Assembly (NCBI GenBank): GCA_040756315.1 | Contig: JBFLZI010000002.1 | Location: 1 to 58,398, forward strand | Reading direction: 5' to 3' | From: Thermodesulfobacteriota bacterium | Lineage (GTDB): Bacteria; Desulfobacterota; Desulfobaccia; Desulfobaccales; 0-14-0-80-60-11 | DNA: 58,398 nucleotides | In this document: piece after piece, positions 27,274 to 34,920 of the stretch | How positions within the stretch are numbered: position 1 is the stretch's first letter | Layout of the letters: the number at the start of each line of letters is the position of its first letter | Notes under the pieces: generated by a model | The model's database searches: none | Told to the model about the DNA's origin: nothing | What the model saw: the letters and a program-made list of their open reading frames with translations, nothing else | Position numbers and translations under genes: made by a program

Positions 27274-27858
27274 ATGATTCGCCTGAGAGGTGTAATGATC
27301 GCCATTCCCGTTTTGCGCTCCCGGGTGGCGCCGGTGCTGAATTGGTGCTCCCGGGTTCGGATATTTCCTGATGACCCCTCTTATCAAGGATCGGGGGAAG
27401 AGCTCGAGGTGTCCCATTTGGAGGCCGGTCAACGCCTGGATTTCCTCCGGGAGAAAGGTGTAAAAACTTTGATCTGCGGGGCTTTAAGCCCCGATCTGCT
27501 GCATTACGCCGGTGAACTGGGAATGACGGTCGTGTGCGGCGTCGCGGGGGAAGTTGAGGAAGTGCGGCAGTCATATTGGCAAAACCGGTTGGATCAGCCC
27601 CAATTCTGGCTGCCGGGCTGCAGAGGCCGGAGACGTTACCGTTCCGGCTGGAAAGGCGTCAAAGGTTGTCAGGACTTTGCTAAAGGCAGCAACCGGGGCC
27701 CCAAGCGCAACCGGAGCGCCCAGGTCGGTGAAGCAGGACCGTGGGGCCCCGCTAGTTGCTTATGTCCGGCCTGCGGGTTCAGACAACCTCATGAGAGAGG
27801 GATTCCCTGCCTGCAGGTTGCCTGTCCCCGCTGTGGTCAGGCCATGGTGCGGGAATAA
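27274..27858 (+). CDS. NifX/NifB-like (Nitro_FeMo-Co family) domain fused to a basic linker and a C-terminal double CPxCG zinc ribbon
   Basis: N-terminal part MIAIPVLRSRVAPVLNWC...KTLICGALSP..LHYAGELGMTVV. C-terminal part CLCPACGFRQPHERGIPCLQVACPRCGQAMVRE, which is paralogous to the ORF at 44897. Alternative ATG at 27295 with GAGAGG. Confidence 0.7.
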   Translation: MIRLRGVMIAIPVLRSRVAPVLNWCSRVRIFPDDPSYQGSGEELEVSHLEAGQRLDFLREKGVKTLICGALSPDLLHYAGELGMTVVCGVAGEVEEVRQSYWQNRLDQPQFWLPGCRGRRRYRSGWKGVKGCQDFAKGSNRGPKRNRSAQVGEAGPWGPASCLCPACGFRQPHERGIPCLQVACPRCGQAMVRE

Positions 27859-27879
27859 GGGCAGAAAACCGGCAAAAAG

Positions 27880-28719
27880 ATGATTATCAGCATTGCCAGC
27901 GGCAAGGGGGGCACCGGTAAGACTACCGTAGCCGTCAACCTGGCAGCGGCTCTGGGAGAACCGGTGCAACTCCTGGACTGCGATGTGGAAGAGCCTAACG
28001 CCCACCTCTTCCTCAAGCCTGCCATTACCCAGGAACTTAAAGTTTACCTGGAAGTGCCGGAGATTTCCCTGGATAAATGCACTTTCTGCGGCCTCTGCCA
28101 GGAACTTTGCCAGTTCAACGCCATCGCCATTCTCCCCCAAACCGCGCTCACCTTCCCGGAACTTTGCCACAGTTGCGGCGGCTGTTTTCTCATCTGTCCG
28201 GAGGAGGCCATTCTTAGCCGAAAACGGCTGGTGGGCCAGGTAGAGATAGGTTCCCGGAACGGCCTCCGCTTCGTCCATGGCCGGCTGCGGGTTGGGGAAG
28301 CCATGTCCCCGCCCCTCATCCGCCGGGTGAAACAAGAAATCCAGCCCCACGGCACGGTTATCATCGACGCGCCGCCGGGAACCTCCTGCCCGGTGGTGAC
28401 CACCCTCTGGGGCAGCGATTATGTCCTCCTGGTGACGGAACCCACCCCTTTCGGTCTCAATGATTTAGAACTGGCCGTGGGGGTGGCAAGGCATTTAGAC
28501 CTGCCTTGCGGCCTGGTGATCAACCGGGCCGATTTAGGGGACCGGCGGGTGCACGACTATGCCGTCCGGGAGAACCTGCCGATTCTGCTGGAAATCCCCT
28601 TTGACCGGGAGGCCGCGGAAATCTATGCCCAAGGCGGTTTACTGGTGGAAAAGCTCCCCCGCTGGCGCCGTCTCATGGAGGACTTGCTCATTAAGCTAGG
28701 GGGTTGGTTAAGCCATTAA
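27880..28719 (+). CDS. MinD/CooC-superfamily P-loop ATPase with inserted 2x[4Fe-4S] ferredoxin domain
   Basis: Deviant Walker A SGKGGTGKTT. Insert CTFCGLCQELCQFNAI / CHSCGGCFLICPEEAI. Confidence 0.85.
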   Translation: MIISIASGKGGTGKTTVAVNLAAALGEPVQLLDCDVEEPNAHLFLKPAITQELKVYLEVPEISLDKCTFCGLCQELCQFNAIAILPQTALTFPELCHSCGGCFLICPEEAILSRKRLVGQVEIGSRNGLRFVHGRLRVGEAMSPPLIRRVKQEIQPHGTVIIDAPPGTSCPVVTTLWGSDYVLLVTEPTPFGLNDLELAVGVARHLDLPCGLVINRADLGDRRVHDYAVRENLPILLEIPFDREAAEIYAQGGLLVEKLPRWRRLMEDLLIKLGGWLSH

Positions 28720-28886
28720 CCGCACATCAGGAAAGCGCCCACCAGGGGAGGGGGAGAAACAGCCCCAATTTTCTAGGCGAGCCAATTGTGATAAATTACC
28801 AGATCAAAAGCGTTTCCTGACCGGGTGAGTTCATCTCCGGCGATGCGGCTTTTACCGGTAAGGCGCCATTCAAAAAGGAGGCACCG

Positions 28887-29060
28887 ATGTCCAACCCCAA
28901 AATTTCCGAGATCAAGGGCAAACTGGCCAGCGACCCGAGCCAATTGAGCCGGCAGGAGTTGGAGTGGCTGGTGAAACGGGTGGAGGAGCTGGAAAAAGAA
29001 AACGATTGGCTTAAAAGAGAACTCTCTTATGCCGAACATCAGGGTGAAGTCAGTTTTTAA
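28887..29060 (+). CDS. small coiled-coil protein, 57 aa, absent from the ORF track
   Basis: ATG preceded by AAAAAGGAGG at a spacing of 6 nt. Translation is MSNPKISEIKGKLASDPSQLSRQELEWLVKRVEELEKENDWLKRELSYAEHQGEVSF. It fills the gap between two operon genes on the same strand. The 88-aa antisense ORF at 28773-29039 lacks these signals. Confidence 0.6.
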   Translation: MSNPKISEIKGKLASDPSQLSRQELEWLVKRVEELEKENDWLKRELSYAEHQGEVSF

Positions 29061-29089
29061 CCGAAATAGTCCGGTCCAGGGGGGGTCGC

Positions 29090-29575
29090 ATGGATGACAT
29101 TATCCTCCGGCCCATCGGCACCATCCAGACGCCCTTTCGCGAACCCCAGGGAACGCCGATACAACCGCCGGCAGCCAAAGGGGTGGCGGGGCTAGTCACC
29201 TTGTTTCCCGAGTACCGGGAAGGCCTCCAGGATCTAGATGGTTTTTCCCATCTTTATCTCATTTATCATTTCCACCTCTGCAAGGGTTTTTCCCTGAAGG
29301 TCAAGCCGTTTCTGGACGACCGGAAACGGGGGGTCTTTGCCACCCGGGCGCCGGCCCGGCCCAACTCCATCGGCGTCTCTTTAGTGCGTTTGGAGAAGAT
29401 CGAGGGAGACCGGCTGCACGTCCGGGACGTGGACATGGTGGATGGCACACCCCTTTTGGACATCAAGCCTTATGTCCCGGAATTCGATTCTCGTCTCCAG
29501 GCAAGGATCGGCTGGCTGGCGACCAATCTGGTTAAACTGCGGACGGCCCGGGATGACGGTAGATTTACGGCCTGA
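29090..29575 (+). CDS. TrmO/TsaA(YaeB)-family SAM-dependent methyltransferase-like protein
   Basis: 161 aa. IGTIQTPF...GTPIQP, DLDGFSHLYLIYHFH, RAPARPNSIGVSLVRL, GTPLLDIKPY. Confidence 0.8.
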   Translation: MDDIILRPIGTIQTPFREPQGTPIQPPAAKGVAGLVTLFPEYREGLQDLDGFSHLYLIYHFHLCKGFSLKVKPFLDDRKRGVFATRAPARPNSIGVSLVRLEKIEGDRLHVRDVDMVDGTPLLDIKPYVPEFDSRLQARIGWLATNLVKLRTARDDGRFTA

Positions 29576-29607
29576 ATTACTCCGGGGGCCTGAGATACGG
29601 GGGAAAG

Positions 29608-30498
29608 GTGTCGGATATTAGCGAACTGGTGGTATTAAGCGGCAAAGGCGGCACAGGTAAGACCAGCCTGGTGGGAGCCCTGGCGGCCCTGGCGCCGGAT
29701 AAAGTCCTGTGCGATGCCGACGTGGACGCCGCGGACCTGCACCTGTTGCTCCGGCCGGAGATCCGGCAACGCCATGATTTTTATGCCGGCCATAAGGCGG
29801 TGATTGCTGCCGACCGGTGCAGCCAATGCGGCGAGTGTCTCGATTGGTGCCGTTTCGGCGCCATCAGCGGGTCTTTCGCCATTAATCCTTTGCTCTGCGA
29901 AGGCTGCGGGGTCTGCTGGCATTTGTGCCCGGTTAAAGCCATCGATTTTCCCGTCAACCTCTGCGGCGAGTGGTTCATTTCCGATACCCGCTTCGGCCCC
30001 CTGGTGCATGCCCGGCTGGGTATCGCCGAAGAAAACTCCGGGAAACTGGTGGCTTTGGTCCGGCAGGAAGCCCGGCGTTTGGCAGAAGAGCAAGGTCTGG
30101 ACTGGATCCTTACCGACGGCCCCCCGGGCATCGGCTGTCCGGTAATCTCTTCTCTGGGCAACGCCAGCGCGGTGCTCGTCATTACCGAGCCCAGCGTTGC
30201 CGGTCTCCATGACCTGGAACGGGTGGCGGCGCTGGCCCAGCACTTTGTCCTGCCGGTCTCGGTCCTGGTGAACAAAGCCGACCTGCATTGGGAAACCGCC
30301 GAGGCGATCTCGCAATTTTGCCGGGAGAAAGGCTATACCTTCCTGGGGCACCTGCCTTTTGATCCTGATTTCACCCGGGCCCAGGTTGAAGGCCGGACGA
30401 TTATGGAATATAATAACCAGAAGTTGCACGTCCTTCTCCGGGAGGTCTGGGAACGATTAAAAAGCGAGCTGCCAAGACCCAGGCTCAAGATTTGCTGA
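29608..30498 (+). CDS. MinD/CooC-superfamily P-loop ATPase with inserted ferredoxin domain (second paralog)
   Basis: SGKGGTGKTS. Insert CSQCGECLDWCRFGAI / CEGCGVCWHLCPVKAI. GTG start. Confidence 0.85.
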   Translation: MSDISELVVLSGKGGTGKTSLVGALAALAPDKVLCDADVDAADLHLLLRPEIRQRHDFYAGHKAVIAADRCSQCGECLDWCRFGAISGSFAINPLLCEGCGVCWHLCPVKAIDFPVNLCGEWFISDTRFGPLVHARLGIAEENSGKLVALVRQEARRLAEEQGLDWILTDGPPGIGCPVISSLGNASAVLVITEPSVAGLHDLERVAALAQHFVLPVSVLVNKADLHWETAEAISQFCREKGYTFLGHLPFDPDFTRAQVEGRTIMEYNNQKLHVLLREVWERLKSELPRPRLKIC

Positions 30499-31868
30499 CC
30501 AAGCCCAACGCCGGCCCGGGGCTGCTCAAGACCGGAGCAGCTTCTCCCCTTACTCCCCATACGGAAATCATCCTGAACAGCATTGCCGACGGCGTTTTCA
30601 CCGTGGACCTGGATTGGCGGGTAACTTTTTTCAACCAGGCGGCCGAGGAGATTACCGGCGTTCCGGCCACAGAAGCCCTGGGACGGCCTTGCTGCGAAGT
30701 CTTCCGGGCCAACGTCTGTGAATCGGCCTGCGTCCTCAAGCACACCCTGGAGACGGGCAAACCGGTGGTGAACCGGGCCATCGCCATCCTCCGGGCCGAC
30801 GGCAAGGAAATCCCCATCAGCGTCAGCACGGCTCTTTTGAAAAATGAAAACGGAGCCGTCATCGGCGGGGTGGAGACCTTTCGGGATTTGAGCCTGGTGG
30901 AGGAGCTGCGCCGGGAAATCCAACGACAATACCGTCTGGGCGACATCATCTCCAAATCGCCCCTGATGCAAAAAATCTTCGGGCTCCTGCCGGAAATCGC
31001 CCGCTCCGACAGCACCGTTTTGATCGAAGGGGAGTCCGGCACCGGCAAGGAACTGGTGGCCCGGGCCTTGCATCACCTAAGCCGCCGGGCCAAAGGCCCC
31101 TTTGTGGCCGTCAATTGCGGCGCGCTCCCGGACACCCTGCTGGAGTCGGAGCTTTTCGGCCACACCGCCGGCGCGTTTACCGACGCCCGCCGTGACCGCT
31201 TGGGCCGCTTTGCCCTGGCGGAAAAAGGCACCCTCTTCCTGGATGAAATCGGGGACATTTCCCCGGCTCTCCAGGTGCGGCTGCTCCGGGTCCTGGAAGA
31301 GAAGGCCTACATGCCCTTGGGTTCCTCCAAGAGCCTGAAGGCCGATGTGCGCATCGTCACCGCCACCCATAGAGACCTGGGCAAGCTGGTAGAGGAAGGC
31401 GCCTTTCGCCGGGACCTTTACTATCGCATCAATGTGGTGAAGTTGACATTGCCTCGGCTGGCCGAACGTAAAGAAGATATCCCCCTGTTGGCCCAGCATT
31501 TCATCGAGCGGTTTAATCGCCTCAAAGAGAAAAAGCTGGTGGGGTTGAGCCACGCCGCCCTGTCCATTTTCATGCGCCACGACTGGCCCGGCAACGTCCG
31601 GGAACTGGAAAACGCCATCGAACACGCGTTCATTCTGTGCCCCTCGGGCCTTATCCAGCCCCAGCATTTGCCGGAGCACCTGCGACCGGAATATCAGCCC
31701 GGCCCGCTGCTCACCGGCTTGACGTTGGAGGAGATGGAGAAGCGGACCCTGTGGGAGGCTCTGGAGCGCCACCAGTGGCGCCGTATGGCTACGGCCCGGG
31801 AACTGGGCATCGACAAGAATACTCTGCGCCGCAAAATCAAACGCCACGGGCTTACGCCGCCGGAATAG
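30492..31868 (+). CDS. sigma-54-dependent transcriptional activator with N-terminal Cys-rich PAS domain (no receiver domain)
   Basis: AAA+ core GESGTGKE, the sigma-54 contact motif GAFTDA (GAFTGA-type), and a C-terminal Fis-type HTH (ELGIDKNTLRRKIKRHG). The PAS domain carries C-x8-C-x3-C. Confidence 0.92.
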   Translation: MLTKPNAGPGLLKTGAASPLTPHTEIILNSIADGVFTVDLDWRVTFFNQAAEEITGVPATEALGRPCCEVFRANVCESACVLKHTLETGKPVVNRAIAILRADGKEIPISVSTALLKNENGAVIGGVETFRDLSLVEELRREIQRQYRLGDIISKSPLMQKIFGLLPEIARSDSTVLIEGESGTGKELVARALHHLSRRAKGPFVAVNCGALPDTLLESELFGHTAGAFTDARRDRLGRFALAEKGTLFLDEIGDISPALQVRLLRVLEEKAYMPLGSSKSLKADVRIVTATHRDLGKLVEEGAFRRDLYYRINVVKLTLPRLAERKEDIPLLAQHFIERFNRLKEKKLVGLSHAALSIFMRHDWPGNVRELENAIEHAFILCPSGLIQPQHLPEHLRPEYQPGPLLTGLTLEEMEKRTLWEALERHQWRRMATARELGIDKNTLRRKIKRHGLTPPE

Positions 31869-31900
31869 GGTCCCGGAGAAACTCTTTTAATAACCGTTAA

Positions 31901-32338
31901 CTAATGCGGCTCACCGGGCTTGGTCTGCCAGAGAGGCAATCCCGCAGGGTTGCGCAGTCTCAGAATCCGGGAGCCTTTTTTCACTTCTCGGGCGACAATT
32001 ACCGGCCTTTGTCCCACCGCGGTCCTCGAGCCGGTTACCTCCAGGAGGTCTTGGGGAGCCAACTTAAAGCCCTGCTCCTGGATGAAGGCCAACGGTCCCA
32101 GGCAGACCAGGATGGTTTCCCGGGGAGTCTGCAGTTGGACGGCCAGACGGTCGGGGATTTCCTTCTTTGGAGCGGATACCGTCACTAAATCCACGGCCTG
32201 GCCCTGAAGCACTTCCACCGTTTGGGGAAGGTAGGCAGGACAAAAAGCCCAGTCCATTTCTCCTGAGTTAGCCGGCGGGGCGGAGAGGCAAGCCAAAAAG
32301 ATGAACCAACCGAGGCAACGCCAACCGGTTTTTCTCAT
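31901..32338 (-). CDS. hypothetical exported protein
   Basis: Signal peptide MRKTGWRCLGWFIFLACLSAPPANSG. ATG 32338 is preceded by AAAGGGGA. The track ORF extends to 32380. No recognisable family. Confidence 0.55.
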   Translation of the reverse strand: MRKTGWRCLGWFIFLACLSAPPANSGEMDWAFCPAYLPQTVEVLQGQAVDLVTVSAPKKEIPDRLAVQLQTPRETILVCLGPLAFIQEQGFKLAPQDLLEVTGSRTAVGQRPVIVAREVKKGSRILRLRNPAGLPLWQTKPGEPH

Positions 32339-32478
32339 CTGATTTTTCCCCTTTCCCCATCCAGGGCTGGACAGTTGCATGGATAATATTGTATCAGACC
32401 TGGCCGATTACTTCCGAATAATTTCATCTTCCGGCTACGCCGGGTGACCGGGATAAAAAATGATATCAGCAAAGATCG

Positions 32479-33225
32479 GTGGATGGCATGGGGCTATCTT
32501 TTGATGAGCAGGCGGAGGCCTATGACCGCTGGTATGAGACGCCCCTGGGGCGGTTGGTGGATACCGTGGAGAAACAGGCCGTCTTTGACCTGACGCCCCA
32601 GGTACAGGGTCGGCGCATCCTGGAGGTGGGCTGCGGCACCGGCAATTTTTCCCTGGAATTGGCCCACCGGGGGGCACAAGTGGTGGGGCTGGACTCCTCC
32701 GGTCCCATGCTGGCCAGGGCCCGGGCCAAGGCCGGGAGGCAGGACCGGGCCGTCGCCTGGGTCCGGGGCCGGGCCTCGCGTTTACCCTTTGGGGACGGTG
32801 GTTTTGACGGAGTAATGTGTATCCTGGCCCTGGACTTCATGTCGGACCGGGAGGCGGTCCTGAAGGAGATGGTCCGGGTGCTGGCGCCGGGAGGGTTTTT
32901 AGCGGTGGCCATCCTGAACCGCTACAGTCTTTGGACGCTGAAGCGGCTTATCCGGGCTTGGTTCAAGCCTTCTCTCTGGCGGGAGGTCCGTTTCCTCACC
33001 GCCAAAGAACTGGGGCGGTTGCTGACCGGGAGTCAGGAATTGGCGGAAATCCGCAGCCGTTGGGCCGTTTACTTCCCCCCCTGGGCCCACCGGCGACTGG
33101 TGCGCTATTATCCTTACCTGGAGAGCTTGGGAGACCGGCTGAATCTTGCCAGCGGGGCCTTCCTGGCGGCGGTGGCCAGAAAAAAAATCAACCTTCCCCA
33201 ACCTTTGGGGAGGTCTCTCGCCTAA
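32479..33225 (+). CDS. class I SAM-dependent methyltransferase
   Basis: Motif I ILEVGCGTGNFS. Acidic post-I residue in VVGLDSS. Motif II region FDGVMC. Confidence 0.85.
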   Translation: MDGMGLSFDEQAEAYDRWYETPLGRLVDTVEKQAVFDLTPQVQGRRILEVGCGTGNFSLELAHRGAQVVGLDSSGPMLARARAKAGRQDRAVAWVRGRASRLPFGDGGFDGVMCILALDFMSDREAVLKEMVRVLAPGGFLAVAILNRYSLWTLKRLIRAWFKPSLWREVRFLTAKELGRLLTGSQELAEIRSRWAVYFPPWAHRRLVRYYPYLESLGDRLNLASGAFLAAVARKKINLPQPLGRSLA

Positions 33226-33350
33226 AGAGCTGCCCCGAACCTTCCCCTAGAAACAATTTGCACCCAAAGCCCAAGGAATTTGGGCTCATATTGTTCCCAA
33301 CCCTCATCTCCCGGCCTTTGCCCAAGCCTCTGTCGCCGACTGGTCTCAAC

Positions 33351-33366
33351 TGGCATACTACTTGAT
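33351..33366 (+). promoter_or_regulatory. candidate sigma-54 promoter (weak -12 element)
   Basis: TGGCAT-ACTAC-TTGATG. Correct GG-to-12 spacing, but GA replaces GC at -12. It is embedded in a promoter module that is duplicated at 34797-34877. Confidence 0.4.
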
Positions 33367-33529
33367 GAACTAAAAATGAAAAGTTTTCCAGAAATCTCGG
33401 ACTCCTGGCAAAGCCTCAGGCCCGGTTCGGGGAAAGCGTCGTCGTTGAGGCCGTGCCGCATGGTTGGGGGCCTTGGTCAAAACGCGGGCAGAAACCATAA
33501 GGTTTTGCCAGGCAGTACAGGAGTTGGTC

Positions 33530-33793
33530 ATGCCCACCTATGAATACGAGTGCCGCGCCTGCGGTTACCAATTCGAAATGCCGCAAGGCATGCTGGACGC
33601 GCCTCTTAAGAAATGCCCGGAGTGTCAAGGGCCTGTCCGGCGCCTGGTCAGCGGCTGGCTCGGTTTCATCCTCAAAGGGCGGGACTCCGGCCGGGTTGCG
33701 CACCAGGGCCAGGCATGTTCCCGGGAACGGGGCAGCGGAACCTGCTGCGGTCGGGAAGAGCGTTGCGACCGGCCGCCATGCGGAGATAATTAA
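33530..33793 (+). CDS. FmdB-family zinc-ribbon protein with Cys-rich tail
   Basis: MPTYEYECRACGYQFE...KKCPECQGPVRR is the classic CxxC..CxxC FmdB signature. RBS CAGGAG. The track start at 33464 is an upstream extension. Confidence 0.8.
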   Translation: MPTYEYECRACGYQFEMPQGMLDAPLKKCPECQGPVRRLVSGWLGFILKGRDSGRVAHQGQACSRERGSGTCCGREERCDRPPCGDN

Positions 33794-34780
33794 ATGACCA
33801 CATCCGGCTTTCGCTACATCTATGGCCCGGTAAACTCGCGCCGTTTGGGTCGCTCCTTGGGAGTGGACCTCGTGCCTTTTAAGACCTGCACCTACGATTG
33901 CATCTACTGCCAGTTGGGGCATACCACCAATAAGACCTGCAGACGGCAAGAATATGTCCCCATTGCCGACATTCTCGGCGAATTGCAGCAGAAATTAGCC
34001 GAAGGGCCTCCTCTGGATTACATCACCCTGGGAGGCTCGGGGGAACCGACGCTGAATGCCCGCCTGGGTGAATTGCTAGGGCAGATAAAGGGGCTGACCC
34101 GCGTCCCTCTGGCCGTTCTCACCAATGGTTCCCTTTTGTGGCGGCGAGTGGTTCAGGATGCCCTGATGGAGGCCGACCTCGTCCTGCCTTCCCTCGACGC
34201 CGGGGATGAACAGTTATTTCGGTATGTAAATCGCCCCCACCGGGACATTACCTTTGACCACATGGTTTATGGCCTGGCGGAATTCACCAGGCGTTTCCCC
34301 AAGTCAGTGTGGCTGGAAGTGTTGCTGTTGTCGGGGGTGACGGGCATAGTGACGGAAGTGGAGAAGATCGCGGCCCTGGCCAGAAGCATCCGGCCGGAAC
34401 GGGTGCAACTGAACACGGTATCCCGCCCCCCCTCCGAAGAGTTCGCCTGTCCCGTCCCCCGGGATCAGTTGGAAGCCTTCGCCAAGCTGTTTGAAGGCAA
34501 GGCGGAAGTGATCAGTGCCGCTAATGGGGAGGTAACCAGGTCGCCGCAGGCCCATCCGGCAACGGATGCTGACATCCTGGCTTTGTTAAGCCGGCGCCCC
34601 TGCACGGTTCAGGGGGTTTCAGCCAGTTTAGGCCTCCACGTCGGGGAAGCGGCCAAACGGCTGCAAGCTTTGGCCGATCAAGGCTCAGTGATAGCCGTGC
34701 GCAATAATGGGGGAATTTTTTATGAGCCGTTGCGGACCTCCGCTCCGGAAGTTATCGTGGGGGACAAAATGAACCCTTAG
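33794..34780 (+). CDS. radical SAM protein with C-terminal winged-helix-like domain
   Basis: Canonical CTYDCIYC (Cx3Cx2C) and GGSGEPT. The ATG directly abuts the TAA stop of the upstream zinc-ribbon gene. Confidence 0.85.
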   Translation: MTTSGFRYIYGPVNSRRLGRSLGVDLVPFKTCTYDCIYCQLGHTTNKTCRRQEYVPIADILGELQQKLAEGPPLDYITLGGSGEPTLNARLGELLGQIKGLTRVPLAVLTNGSLLWRRVVQDALMEADLVLPSLDAGDEQLFRYVNRPHRDITFDHMVYGLAEFTRRFPKSVWLEVLLLSGVTGIVTEVEKIAALARSIRPERVQLNTVSRPPSEEFACPVPRDQLEAFAKLFEGKAEVISAANGEVTRSPQAHPATDADILALLSRRPCTVQGVSASLGLHVGEAAKRLQALADQGSVIAVRNNGGIFYEPLRTSAPEVIVGDKMNP

Positions 34781-34861
34781 AAGATCGATCCAGGTTTATA
34801 TTGTTCCCAGCACCTCTCCCGGCCTTTGCCAAAGCCCTGGTTTCTGCTGATCCCCCCCCCT

Positions 34862-34877
34862 TGGCACAGTATTTGAT
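34862..34877 (+). promoter_or_regulatory. candidate sigma-54 promoter (weak -12 element)
   Basis: TGGCAC-AGTAT-TTGATC, about 45 nt upstream of ATG 34921. Same architecture as the candidate at 33351. Confidence 0.45.
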
Positions 34878-34920
34878 CAGATAGAAGATAAAACGTCCGG
34901 CAACCAAGGAGTGATAAGAT

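Noticed and set aside
33791-33796. Same-frame junction between the zinc-ribbon ORF and the radical SAM ORF, considered as possible recoding or a fusion
   Set aside because: The stop is TAA, not TGA, and is followed directly by ATG. This is ordinary translational coupling, not selenocysteine or read-through.
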